NCBI GenBank assembly: GCA_036676495.1
Contig: JAKFCT010000069.1
Location: forward strand, 1-64,000
Source: Candidatus Sericytochromatia bacterium
GTDB taxonomy: Bacteria > Cyanobacteriota > Sericytochromatia > S15B-MN24 > UBA4093
DNA: 64,000 nucleotides
Direction: 5' to 3'
Part shown: in pieces, positions 28,505 to 38,401 of the stretch
Layout of the letters: each line of letters begins with the position of its first letter
Position numbering within the stretch: the first letter of the stretch is position 1
Position numbers and translations under genes: made by a program
Notes under the pieces: generated by a model
Databases searched by the model: none
Told to the model about the DNA's origin: nothing
The model's input: the letters and a program-made list of their open reading frames with translations, nothing else

Positions 28505-30067
28505 CTAGTAAATTAATCCCCAGTAGACGTCGAGGATCGCACGGTTATCGTAGTACCACGCGTTGTTCCGAAGTTTCGTGATGGCCGAATCGTTGTTCGT
28601 GAGTTTGCCCTGCTGGACGTAGAGCGCCAGCGCACCGGTCACGATGGGGGCCGCGAAGCTGGTTCCCCAGCCACCATGCATCCCTACGTCGTAACCCGTG
28701 GTCTGGTTCGCAACTGCAACGTTGCTACCACCCGCGTAGATGTCAGCGAAGGTCATGTTCGCGGTACCGCTGCTGTACGAGGACACGCTCCGGTCCGTAT
28801 CATGCGAGCTTACGCCCAAGACCTCGCCATATCCTGCCGGATAGTTGTTCTGGTTCCCTTTGTTACCCGTAGAGGAAACCTGGATCATCCCGGCGTCGTA
28901 GTTGGCCTTAATGGCACCGTACCAGCCCCACATCCAGGCCGGATACAGCCAGCTGGTTTCCGTGGTCGAGAAGCTCATGTTCACGATCTTCACGCCGTCG
29001 TACCGCGCCTGATCCAGCGCTCGGGCGATCTGATTCATGTCCATGTTCTTCCCATCCTGGTCGGCGTACACGTGGTACGCGTAGGGAATGGCATGAGGAG
29101 CAACGCCCGCCGCTCCTGCAGAGTCGTTGAGCGCCGAGAAGATTAGCGAGGCGACGGGACGACCGTGACCCATTCCGACTCGAATGTCCTGATTGTTGTT
29201 TTCAAAGTTGTAGCTCCAGACGCTTCCGGAGTTCCCCCAGAGCTGAGTCGCATAGGGCTCACCAGGAGCCATGAAGCGGTTGTCGATGACCGCGACCTTG
29301 ACGCCCGCTCCGTTAGCAAAGCTCCATGCTGCAGTGCTGGACTGGGGATTGATGCGGTTGCCGTAAATACCACCGGTGCCGTAGTCCCGCATGTACCAGA
29401 ATTGGCTCGTCGAAGGCGTCACGCTGCCGTTACCCTCGTTGTAGAGGACCCCTGTGGCGTCGGTTCCAGCCTGATTGATGCCGATGTGGAAGACCTTGTT
29501 CGCCTTCTTGTTCTTGTGGACTTTCAAGACTTGCTGCAAGGCCTTGGCCGCCCGCTTGTCGGAGAAGACCATCTCGCCACGGACGCCGACCTCTTCGGAG
29601 AGCTGAGGAAGCTGGTCCAGGGCGACTTTGCTGTCTTCAAAGGCGACGAGGTAGGTGTCGGTATAGCCGTCCTCGATGTAAGAACTGTCGGGCATTGCCT
29701 TGAGCTTTTTCTCCTGCTTGACGATCCGCGCGCCGTACGTCTGCAGAAAGTTCGAGACCTCACCGTCGGTGGCGCCCTCCTCGAACGTGACTCGCGTCTC
29801 GTCGGGGTAGAACGTGACCACTGTTTCAGGCTTATTCTTCAAGTAGTACTTGGACTCGCGGCCAAGAGACTGGGTTGAGACGTCGGACTCGAACGAGTAG
29901 GTGAACGGCTTGTCAGCCAACTCGGGAAGAACCGTACGAGGATTCGTGTGCTCCACCAGGGGAGCCCCTTTGACCATGTCCTTGTCTTGACCGTCTTGAA
30001 TGCTTGAGGGCGGCACGCAGCCGACCAAGGCCAGGCTCAGGATTAGCGCGAGCTTCGTGAGTTTCAC
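28505..30067 (-). CDS. S8 (subtilisin-like) serine peptidase, lipoprotein
   Basis: Lipobox LVGC; catalytic triad VAVID, GHGRPVAS, GTSFAAP. Confidence 0.85.
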   Translation of the reverse strand: MKLTKLALILSLALVGCVPPSSIQDGQDKDMVKGAPLVEHTNPRTVLPELADKPFTYSFESDVSTQSLGRESKYYLKNKPETVVTFYPDETRVTFEEGATDGEVSNFLQTYGARIVKQEKKLKAMPDSSYIEDGYTDTYLVAFEDSKVALDQLPQLSEEVGVRGEMVFSDKRAAKALQQVLKVHKNKKANKVFHIGINQAGTDATGVLYNEGNGSVTPSTSQFWYMRDYGTGGIYGNRINPQSSTAAWSFANGAGVKVAVIDNRFMAPGEPYATQLWGNSGSVWSYNFENNNQDIRVGMGHGRPVASLIFSALNDSAGAAGVAPHAIPYAYHVYADQDGKNMDMNQIARALDQARYDGVKIVNMSFSTTETSWLYPAWMWGWYGAIKANYDAGMIQVSSTGNKGNQNNYPAGYGEVLGVSSHDTDRSVSSYSSGTANMTFADIYAGGSNVAVANQTTGYDVGMHGGWGTSFAAPIVTGALALYVQQGKLTNNDSAITKLRNNAWYYDNRAILDVYWGLIY

Positions 30068-30269
30068 ATGCGCTCCTTTACTTTTGCTATGGTGCTGTAA
30101 TAGTGGTTGTTACGTCATATGCGTTATCATAGCAGTTGGATGGCCGCTTCTACAACTATCCTTGCGCTTCCCGTGGATGGTTTTGCCGAGCGTAACTTGG
30201 TCACGGACTTTGCTTAGAGTCGTGTGTGTTGATAACGACGCCGCGCAATTTTCTCCTTCCGCGATCCGG

Positions 30270-30626
30270 TCAGGCGTCCCAAGCGGCCCAGGCCGTGTAG
30301 AGCACCGACGTGATGTAGTACCCGGTGACGGTGTTGCTCGCCGCCCCTGCTTGCCACGGCGGTATCTCGCTATAGCTGAAACTTGGGCCTCCGTACCGTT
30401 TGACGTAGGATGCTGCCATCGCCAGGAAAATGCCAACGCTACCGGCCGAGAAGGCAAGCCCTCGCATAGGATCGCCTGCATACATGTGTCCAACAGAAGG
30501 CAATGTCGTGACCAGAACGGTTGGTCCGACGTTCAGGTCTCCCTGGCCGACCGAGGTCCCTTTCACTTTCCCGGTAGGGCGAGTTGATAGGGTGAGACCT
30601 GCGGCAACCCAAGGATTGTGAGACAA
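30270..30626 (-). CDS. Small hypothetical membrane protein, possibly a fragment
   Basis: LPSVGHMYAG plus two hydrophobic segments ending WAAWDA. Confidence 0.35.
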   Translation of the reverse strand: MSHNPWVAAGLTLSTRPTGKVKGTSVGQGDLNVGPTVLVTTLPSVGHMYAGDPMRGLAFSAGSVGIFLAMAASYVKRYGGPSFSYSEIPPWQAGAASNTVTGYYITSVLYTAWAAWDA

Positions 30627-31102
30627 GGAGGCTGCTGAAGTGACAGGCTCCGAGGCTACGGAACGGGTGGCAAGGAAGGACTCGACAGGGCCCTGAGGAT
30701 GCAGCGCATAGGGCCTCCGATCGAGACCATCGCTGGCTCATCAGGTCTTCGAGCTGGACGGCCCAAGACTTGCCCATGGCCCCTTATGTATACGAGTTAT
30801 CCATGTGGCTTCGCGGATCGGAGCTTCGGTCCGCTGCTGAGCGATCCACGGAAGTGCAGGGCGATCGAGACCGCTTTCATTGGTTCTGCCGGGACTTCTT
30901 GCCGTAGCGCAGCACGCCCACCTTCGTGAGCTGCATGCCCTGGGCGACGTGAAGGTGGGCGTTGCCGGCTTGCGGGCGCTAGAGCCTCTGCCTCCGGTTG
31001 AAGCGGCGCTTGCCGGCACACTATACTACCTGCGGATCGGGTTGGGTGGACGAAGATGCCGGCGCGACGCGCCCGAGATTGAGACGTAGGAGAATAGCCA
31101 CT

Positions 31103-31591
31103 ATGAAGAAAGCCATCATCTACCTGTGGTATGAGCACGACGCGGAGGAGGCAGCACACTTCTATGCCCGGACCTTTCCCGACAGCAAGGTCGGCGCGGT
31201 GCAACGGGCGCCGTCCGACTTCCCGAGCGGCAAGGCGGGTGACGTGCTGACGGTCGAGTTCACGGTGTGCGGCCTGCCATGCGTGGGCCTCAACGGCGGG
31301 GACGCGTTCAAGCAAAGCGAAGCGTTCTCCTTCCAGATCGCCACCGAGGACCAGGCGGAGACCGACCGCTACTGGAACGCGATCGTCGGCAACGGCGGTG
31401 AGGAGAGCGCGTGCGGCTGGTGCAAGGACAAGTGGGGCGTGTCATGGCAGATTACGCCGCGCGTCCTGACCGAGGCGATGGCCCAGGGTGGCGAAGTCGC
31501 GAAGCGCGCGTTCGAGGCGATGATGGAGATGCAGAAGATCGACGTCGCAAAGATCGAGGCGGCGGTGCGCGGCGAGACTAACCCGGGATAG
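31103..31591 (+). CDS. VOC family protein (PhnB/3-dmu-9_3-mt-like)
   Basis: LWYEHDAEEAAHFY...LNGG..F...AFSFQI...CGWCKDKWGVSWQITP. Confidence 0.88.
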   Translation: MKKAIIYLWYEHDAEEAAHFYARTFPDSKVGAVQRAPSDFPSGKAGDVLTVEFTVCGLPCVGLNGGDAFKQSEAFSFQIATEDQAETDRYWNAIVGNGGEESACGWCKDKWGVSWQITPRVLTEAMAQGGEVAKRAFEAMMEMQKIDVAKIEAAVRGETNPG

Positions 31592-31669
31592 GATCTCCAG
31601 CGCCTAGGAAACTAACGAGGGCCTGACCGTTTTCGGTCAGGCCCAGCGTGCGTGCCACTCCCGCCGAGA

Positions 31670-32215
31670 GGATCCCCCAGTTCTTGGTCCGGGCAAAAGT
31701 GCGAAATTGGACCTCACTGTCACGATGTAAACGCTGAAACGCCCACTTGGCGGGCAAGTTCAGCGGGGGCCGAAAGTCCAACGCTTTGTGAGGGCGCCTG
31801 AAGTTATATGGGGCTCTCTGGGCAGCGATCTTACGCCTGGCGTCGTCCAGAGACAAGAACCAGTTGGGGGCCAAGCACTCGTCCTGAACGCTGCCGTTGG
31901 AGGATTCGATGAACGCATGGTCCTTGGGGTTACCGGGCCGAGAGAAGTCCAACGTGACGCCGTTCTCATAAGCCCAACGGTCCAAGCCTTTCGAGATGAA
32001 CTCGGGGCCGTTGTCGACACGATTGTTCTTGGGGACGCCACGCTGATGGCGAAGCCGCTCGAGGACGGCCACGACCTGCTCGCCCTTGAGCCCCTGGTCC
32101 ACCTCGATGGCTAAATTCTCCCGGGTAATCGTATCCAGTACGGTGAGGGACCGAAATCGCTTGTCATTGAAGAGCGCGTCTGAGACGAATCCCATGTACC
32201 AGCGCTCGTTCTCTG
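31670..32215 (-). mobile_element. IS3-family transposase remnant (integrase core)
   Basis: NERW...FRSLTVLDTITRENLAI...VDNGPEFISK...SRPGNPKDHAFIES..GSVQDECL; truncated against junction E. Confidence 0.85.
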
Positions 32216-32225
32216 CATTGAGGAG

Positions 32226-32309
32226 AAGAGAAAGACCGCCAGCAGTTAGAAGCCCTGCTGGCGGTCTATTCTTGATTCCCTTGCGGGAATCAGGTCGGAG
32301 CTGACCTGA
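32226..32309 (+). mobile_element. att-like junction copy E
   Basis: 76 bp (32226-32301) match 28098-28173 with 1 mismatch; the core sits in the inverted repeat TCAGGTC-GGAGCT-GACCTGA. Confidence 0.85.
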
Positions 32310-32557
32310 CCCCAATTACTTGGCCGAAGTGAATTGAACTCGGAATGTAAAGGGATCCTTCCAAACGGAAGGGCCTACGCGGGGGAGAGCGCTTGACGAC
32401 CCCAAGCCCTGGCGCGGCCGGGGCGTTCATACGGAGGGTGTCGGGGGAAGCTCTTCGCGTAGACCCTACCATAAACAAGAAATGTCACGGCGTGAGGCCG
32501 CATGATCTTATAGGATAGCAGTCCGCGCGGCCGGACTAAAGCACGCATCGGCGCGAT

Positions 32558-35353
32558 CTACCCGGTGGTGCGTAGCCCCGAGGCGATCGCGTTGACCGTC
32601 ATGAGCACCCGCAAGAGGGCGGCCTCGGAGGCCTCCCCCTCGGCCCGGAGCCGGCGCCAGCGGCCAAGCTCGGCGATTTGCTGGCGGTGCAGGGCCCGCA
32701 AGGGCTCCTCGCGCAGGCGCAGCGTCTTGTGCAGCCGGGGCCGGCGCTCGGCAAAGGGCGCCGGGAAGACGGCGTGCAGCATGCGCCGGGTCAGCTCGTA
32801 CTCGCCCATGATCTGGGTCATGGCCTGCTCGCGCAGCTCCGTGTCCTCCACCAGGCCGGCGTAGTCGCGCATGACGCGGGCGTCGGCGGTCATGAGGCTG
32901 GACTCGACGTTGCTGAGCACGTAGGTGAGGAACGGCCACCGGCTGGCTTCCTCGAGCACCTGCGCGAAGCCCTCGGCATCGCTTTCCTGCAAGCGGGCGA
33001 GGGCCGAGCCCACGCCAAACCAGCCCGGCAGGTAGAAGCGCGACTGGTTCCAGCTGAAGACCCAGGGAATGGCCCGCAGGTCGGCGAGCGTTCGCTTCCC
33101 GGTTCGGCGCGCGGGCCTGGAGCCGATGCGCCCCAGCTCCAGGGCATCGATCGGGGTCGCCTGGCCGTAGAAGGTCATGAAGCCCTCGGACTGGACCAGG
33201 GCCTCGTAGGCTTCCCGGCTCCAATCGGCGAGCTGGCGCATGCGCGGCGACAGCCCGCGCGGCACCGCCGCCCGGCGCCCGCGCAGGAGCGTGACCTCGG
33301 TGGTGGCCGCTGCGAGCAATTCGAGGTTGTAGGCGGCTTGATCCACGTGGGAGTACTTCTGGGCGATGGTCTCGCCTTGCTCGGTCATGCGGAGCTTGCC
33401 GGAAACCGTTCCCGGAGGCAGGGCCTCGAGGAAGCGGTAGGTGGGCCCCGCGCCGCGCCCGATGGTGCCGCCGCGCCCGTGGAAGTACTGGAGCGCGACG
33501 CCCAGTTCGCGCCCCACTTGCAGCATGGCGATCTGGGCCTCGTAGAGCCCCCACTGGCTCGCCAGGATGCCGCCGTCCTTGCTGGAGTCCGAGTACCCGA
33601 TCATCACCTGCTGCAAGGGTCGATCGCCATGCAGGCGCGCGAGGCTGCGCCGCGTCATGGGATGCGCCAGGAAGGTGCTCAGGATGCCCGGGCTGCGCTG
33701 AAGATCCTCGATGGTCTCGAACAAGGGCACGATCGGCAGGAGCGCGACGGGGCCGTCGGGACTCGCCACGACCAGGTCGGTTTCGCGGGCCAAGAGGTAA
33801 ACCACCAGCAGATCCGAGAGCGAGCGGGTCATGCTCACGATCAGCGAGCCGATCCCGGGGCCATGGTGCGCCAGGTGCTCGGCCAGCACCCGGTACGTAT
33901 CGAGGACCGCGTCGGCCTCCGGCCCGATGCCCCGGGTCGGGCGCGAAAACGGCCGCATGCGCTGAAGCTCGGCGTTGAGGAAGTCGAGCCGCTTACTTTC
34001 GGGCCAATCGGCAAAGTCCTCGCCGTCCAGGCCCCCGGCCTTCAGGAGCTGCGAGACGGCCTTGTCGTGGAAGACCGAGTTCTGGCGGATGTCCAGCTTG
34101 GCCAGGTGAAACCCGAAGGTCCTGAGACTGTCGAGGGCTTCCTGGACCTCGGTCTGCGCGAGCCGCCGGGCGCCCACCGCCTGAAGGGCGTCGCGCAGCA
34201 CGATCAGGTCCGCTTCGAGCTCGGAGGCGAAGCGGTAGGCCCCCGGATGATCGAGAAGCTTCACCGCGTGGCTGCGCATCACGTCCACCGGCAGCCTCAG
34301 GATCATGAGGTTGAGGAGTTGCCGCCAGGGCTCCTCGGGGTTGCGGTCCAGGGCTTCCTGGCCCCGCGCTCCCAGCTGGCCCGCCACCGTCCAGATCCGC
34401 TCCAAGAGCTCGGGAGGCGGGGCCTGGTAGCGATCTGACAAGCTGAGCTGCGCGGCCAGCTCCAGCAGCTGCCGCCGCAGCACCCGCATGGCCTGGAGCC
34501 TGAGGTCCGCGAGCGTCTCGCGGGTGACCTCGGCCGTCACCAGGGGGTGTCCGTCCCGGTCGCCGCCGACCCAGGTGCCGAAGCTCAGCAAGGGGCCCGT
34601 CGTCAGCTCGTCGGCCGCAAAGCCCGCTTCCTCCCAGGCCAGCCGCAGCCGCCGCTTCATCCCCGGCAGCGCCCGCGGGAAGATCTCGCGCAGGTAATGC
34701 TCGACGTTTCGCAGCTCGGAGGCCACGTCCGGCTTCTCGAGGAAGATCTCGCCCGTCCGCCAAAGCCTCTCCAGGACGCGCTTGACCGCGTCGCGGTTCT
34801 CGCGCTCCTCGATCGGCGTCAGGACGTGCTGGCGCTCCTGGAGGTAGCGAAACAATTCCCGGTGATGCTCCAGCACCGTCGCGCGCTTGGCCTCGGTGGG
34901 ATGCGCCGTCAGGACCGGCTCGATCGCGATCTCGGGAAGCGCCCGGGCGATCTCGTCGGACGCCAATCCCGCCTCCTTCAGCCGCGCGAGCGCATGCCCC
35001 CAAAGCCCCGGCTCCATGCCCAGGCCCGCCTCGGCCTCGTGACGCCGCCGGTGGTGCGCGAGCGTATTCTCCTCGGCCAGGTTCAAGAGCAGGAAGGCCA
35101 TCGAGTAGCCCTGGTAAAGCCGCTCGGAGTCGCCCTCCGCGACGACGGGCGCCTCGTCGCTCAGCCACGGCACCGCCCGCGCGCCCTCCGGACCGAGGTC
35201 TTCGAGCACCTCGCGAAAGCACTCCAGCAGGAAGCGGAAATCCCGCTCGAACGGATCCGCGCCCGCGCTCGGGGCCCATACCGTCGTCAAGATCGGCGAC
35301 CCTGCGGCGCGGGGCCGGCGGCTCTCGGGATTTGCTCGCTCGCTCATCGTCAC
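32558..35353 (-). CDS. ppc: Phosphoenolpyruvate carboxylase
   Basis: VLTAHPTE, GGDRDG, QQVMIGYSDSSKDGG, FHGRGGTIGRG, LRAIPWVFSW, C-terminal LRTTG. Confidence 0.95.
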   Translation of the reverse strand: MTMSERANPESRRPRAAGSPILTTVWAPSAGADPFERDFRFLLECFREVLEDLGPEGARAVPWLSDEAPVVAEGDSERLYQGYSMAFLLLNLAEENTLAHHRRRHEAEAGLGMEPGLWGHALARLKEAGLASDEIARALPEIAIEPVLTAHPTEAKRATVLEHHRELFRYLQERQHVLTPIEERENRDAVKRVLERLWRTGEIFLEKPDVASELRNVEHYLREIFPRALPGMKRRLRLAWEEAGFAADELTTGPLLSFGTWVGGDRDGHPLVTAEVTRETLADLRLQAMRVLRRQLLELAAQLSLSDRYQAPPPELLERIWTVAGQLGARGQEALDRNPEEPWRQLLNLMILRLPVDVMRSHAVKLLDHPGAYRFASELEADLIVLRDALQAVGARRLAQTEVQEALDSLRTFGFHLAKLDIRQNSVFHDKAVSQLLKAGGLDGEDFADWPESKRLDFLNAELQRMRPFSRPTRGIGPEADAVLDTYRVLAEHLAHHGPGIGSLIVSMTRSLSDLLVVYLLARETDLVVASPDGPVALLPIVPLFETIEDLQRSPGILSTFLAHPMTRRSLARLHGDRPLQQVMIGYSDSSKDGGILASQWGLYEAQIAMLQVGRELGVALQYFHGRGGTIGRGAGPTYRFLEALPPGTVSGKLRMTEQGETIAQKYSHVDQAAYNLELLAAATTEVTLLRGRRAAVPRGLSPRMRQLADWSREAYEALVQSEGFMTFYGQATPIDALELGRIGSRPARRTGKRTLADLRAIPWVFSWNQSRFYLPGWFGVGSALARLQESDAEGFAQVLEEASRWPFLTYVLSNVESSLMTADARVMRDYAGLVEDTELREQAMTQIMGEYELTRRMLHAVFPAPFAERRPRLHKTLRLREEPLRALHRQQIAELGRWRRLRAEGEASEAALLRVLMTVNAIASGLRTTG

Positions 35354-35449
35354 CCCCTGGCAAGGCCGTCCCCCCCACCTTAGGGGAGGACGCCCGGGTT
35401 GACGATGGTGCCTGTGTCGGATCTGGGGGGGAGTTTGGGGTGATTGCGC

Positions 35450-35622
35450 CTAAACGGGTGCCGCGACCCGCGCGTCGTCCGGCCGAGGCAGCGTGAACCA
35501 GAAGCGCGAGCCCTGGCCGAGCGCACTTTCTACTCCGATCGCCCCGCCATGCGCCTCCACCAGCGCCTTGGCAATCGACAGCCCCAGCCCGGTCCCCCCG
35601 TACGAGCGCGTCGTCGACGGAC
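35450..35622 (-). pseudogene. Histidine kinase HATPase C-terminal fragment
   Basis: [42 protein letters not shown] with no upstream body. Confidence 0.75.
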
Positions 35623-35624
35623 GC

Positions 35625-36248
35625 GGGGAACGGCTTGTGATTCCCCGCTGCTCAACGCCAGGGTGGTAGAGAAGCTGGTCTTCGACCTGCTTCTGCGTGG
35701 CCTCAAGGTCCGTCTCAACGAGCTTCGAGGTGCTACGACGCTGGTCACCGAATCTCCCAATGTCGGCGAGGTGGAGCGTGAACTGGCCGACTTGCAGACC
35801 AAGCGGGAGCTGATCCTCGACAACTACACGGATGGTTGTTATGGCCACGGACCCGAGGCTAAGGCCAAACGGGATGCCAAGCTTGCTCCGGTTCTTAAGC
35901 GGATCGAGGAGATCGAGAAGGAGCTAACGCCCGCGGAGCATTCCAAGCCAAACGAGCTGGAGGAAGCCCTGACCAACATCCGGGATCTCTGGGAGGCTTG
36001 GCCTACTTCGGTTCGGCGCGACATCCTGCGGACCTATGTCCCTGAGAGGTTCCAACTGCGGAAGGATCGTACCCTGCGAGCCGAGGTCTGCGGCGTTCTC
36101 CTTGAGGTAGACATTCCCGTCAAGCCTCAGCCGACCAAGGGGATGCGGTACGCCGGGCGCCAGAAGGCGGAGAAAAACCAAGACGGCCTGCAGTTAGAAG
36201 CCCTGCAGACCGTCTTAGATTCTACCCCCCTGTTAGGGGGGGTAAAGG
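35625..36248 (+). pseudogene. C-terminal remnant of a large serine recombinase-like gene abutting tRNA-Pro
   Basis: [19 protein letters not shown] (post-zinc-ribbon-like), coiled coil [22 protein letters not shown]...RIEEIEKEL, then RRDILR; convergent with and reading into the tRNA; no catalytic domain. Confidence 0.65.
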
Positions 36249-36322
36249 TCGGAGCGGCGGGATTCGAACCCACGACCCCCACTACCCCAAAGTGGTGCGC
36301 TACCAAGCTGCGCTACGCCCCG
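36249..36322 (-). tRNA. tRNA-Pro (GGG)
   Basis: CGGGGCGTAGCGCAGCTTGGTAGCGCA-CCACT-TTGGGGT-AGTGG...GTTCGAATCCCGCCGCTCCGA cloverleaf. Confidence 0.95.
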
Positions 36323-36390
36323 ACTGTTTTTTACGTTTTTCCTTTTGGGGAAGGAAACGTTAACTTGGGGTGAACCCAAGCCAGAATTGA

Positions 36391-36419
36391 AGTATATCAA
36401 AGGCCTATTTCAAATGCAA
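36391..36419 (-). promoter_or_regulatory. Sigma70 promoter for tRNA-Pro
   Basis: TTGCAT-17-TATACT on the minus strand. Confidence 0.55.
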
Positions 36420-36449
36420 GGGGTTCAAGCGAGACTTCCGGCAATCTCT

Positions 36450-38015
36450 TTAGGCCTCGGCGGCGCCAGAAGGCAGGGGCAGCGTGAACCAGAAGGTACT
36501 CCCCTCGCCAAGCTCGCTCTCGACGCCGATCTTGCCACCATGGGCCTCGACCAGCGCCTTGGAAATGCTGAGGCCCAGCCCGGTCCCCCCGGCCGCGCGC
36601 GTGGAGCTCATGTCGAGTTGCGTGAACGGCCGAAACAGCCGAGGAAGGTCCTGGGCGGAAATGCCGATGCCCGTATCGACGACCTCCACGCGGATCGAGT
36701 TGCCGGTGACGCTGGCGCGCACCCGGATCGTGCCGCCCGGGGGAGTGAACTTGATGGCGTTGTTGATGAGATTGAGCAAGACCTGACCGATTCGCTGCGC
36801 GTCCGCCACGACTTCCGGAAGGTCGCCCGGAACCTCGCTGCGAAGCTCGAGGTTCTTTTGGTCGGCCAGCGGCGACAATCGCTCGCAGACTTCGGAGGTC
36901 AGCGTCGCCAACTGCATGGGATAGCGCTCGAGTGAGAACTTGCCTGCCTGGATGCGGCTCATGTCCAGCAGATCGTTGACCAGGTAGAGCAAGGACTCGG
37001 CCCCAAGGAGAATCTTGCGAAGGTACTGGTGCTGCTGCTCGGTCAATGCCCCGGCGACTTCGTCGTCGAGGATGCTTCCAAAGCCCATGATGGCGTTGAT
37101 GGGAGTGCGCAGCTCGTGCGAGAGGATGCTGATGAATTGATCCTTCAGGACCTCGGCTTGCCGCAGGGCCTCGAGCTCCAGGCGCTGATCTTCGGCCTTC
37201 TTGCGGGCGCCCACGTCCTGAATCGCGATCTGGACCGCGCCCTGCCCTTGGTACGTCAGCGGGATCGCCGTGACCTCCACGTCGATGACGCTGCCGTCCA
37301 GGCGAATGAACTTCTCGGCGATCGCCTGGCTCGGTTTGCCCGTCTCCAGGACCCGGCGCATGTTCGCCATGGCCACGGGCAAGGAGTCCGGATGAACGAA
37401 CTCGAGCACCTGCCGCCCGATGAGCTGCTCGGGACTCTCGGCGGCCATCAGCCGCGCCCCCTCGCGGTTGACGTAGACGAGCTTGCCGGCCACATGCACC
37501 GCCATGGCGCTCGGAGCCAGGTCCATGAGCGTCCGGAAGCGATCCTCGCTCTCGCGCAGGGCCGCCTCGGACTCGACCTGGGCCGTCACGTCCGTGTGAA
37601 TCGACACTCCCGCCACGATCCGCCCCTGGGCATCGCGGATGGGGGCGGCGTTGATGCTCAGGATGGCGACGCGGCCATCCGGCCGCACGTACTCGATGTG
37701 CTCGCGGGTGGTCACAGTGCCGTCCCGGACGGCGCGAACGAGCGGCCAATCCTCGGGGCACAAGGGCCGCCCGTCCCGATGCCGGCCTCGCTCGCGATAA
37801 GCCTCTGCTGGTGCGGCATTGTCGAGGGCATAGCCCAGGATCTCTTCCATGCGCTTGTTTCCCATCAGGATGCGCGCGGACGGAGCCGCCGCGATGAGCA
37901 CGCCTGCGGGCATCTGCTCGAGAATGGCCACCGTCCAGGGGGAAAGGCCCTCCAACGCATCCGATGCGGGAAGGCTCCCGGGATCATGCTTGGACCACCC
38001 ATCCGAATCGGCCAT
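36450..38015 (-). CDS. PAS-PAS sensor histidine kinase
   Basis: Two PAS domains; SHELRTP H-box; NAIKFT; DTGIGI; GTGLGL. Confidence 0.92.
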   Translation of the reverse strand: MADSDGWSKHDPGSLPASDALEGLSPWTVAILEQMPAGVLIAAAPSARILMGNKRMEEILGYALDNAAPAEAYRERGRHRDGRPLCPEDWPLVRAVRDGTVTTREHIEYVRPDGRVAILSINAAPIRDAQGRIVAGVSIHTDVTAQVESEAALRESEDRFRTLMDLAPSAMAVHVAGKLVYVNREGARLMAAESPEQLIGRQVLEFVHPDSLPVAMANMRRVLETGKPSQAIAEKFIRLDGSVIDVEVTAIPLTYQGQGAVQIAIQDVGARKKAEDQRLELEALRQAEVLKDQFISILSHELRTPINAIMGFGSILDDEVAGALTEQQHQYLRKILLGAESLLYLVNDLLDMSRIQAGKFSLERYPMQLATLTSEVCERLSPLADQKNLELRSEVPGDLPEVVADAQRIGQVLLNLINNAIKFTPPGGTIRVRASVTGNSIRVEVVDTGIGISAQDLPRLFRPFTQLDMSSTRAAGGTGLGLSISKALVEAHGGKIGVESELGEGSTFWFTLPLPSGAAEA

Positions 38016-38111
38016 GGCACCTCCCCGAGGGAAACTATCGCTATTCTCGCACCCCGGGAGACCATGTCAATCAAAAAATCCCCGCTCCATCATGGAGCGG
38101 GGATTTCGGTG

Positions 38112-38184
38112 TGGCCAGGGGCAGAATCGAACTGCCGACACCGGCATTTTCAGTGCCGTGCTCTACCAACTGAGCTACCTGGCC
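38112..38184 (-). tRNA. tRNA-Phe (GAA)
   Basis: GGCCAGGTAGCTCAGTTGGTAGAGCA-CGGCA-CTGAAAA-TGCCG...GTTCGATTCTGCCCCTGGCCA. Confidence 0.95.
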
Positions 38185-38401
38185 GAACAAGAATCCAGTA
38201 TATCAGCCCCTTAAGGCTTGTCAAGCGTTTGTTTAATCGGGTTTGGGCGTTTTTTTTCCGCCCGCGCCCCCAGGGACGCGAGAAAGCCCTTCCCGTCGCG
38301 GATTCCCCGGAGAGTTCGGTTGCCTTGGAGGCCCGGATTTGGTACCTTGGAACATCCCCCGGCGTAGTTTCTGCCAGCCCGAGAGGGCGCCCATGGAGAC
38401 G

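Noticed and set aside
31578-32315. Intact IS3 transposase
   Set aside because: The N-terminus is translated junction sequence, OrfA and the N-terminal part of OrfB are missing, and conserved motifs are eroded.
36168-36215. Programmed -1 frameshift linking the recombinase to the att tail frame
   Set aside because: An A-run followed by a hairpin is suggestive, but GAAAAAC is not a canonical slippery heptamer and the frame relationship differs in copy B.
19135-36248. Classical integron attC cassettes
   Set aside because: The junctions lack paired RYYYAAC...GTTRRRY ends, there is no IntI, and cargo genes lie on both strands with their own promoters.
35444-36373. 309-aa ORF as an intact gene
   Set aside because: It is chimeric: the N-terminus is antisense to a kinase fragment and the C-terminus reads through the tRNA. 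Only the middle part looks like real coding sequence.
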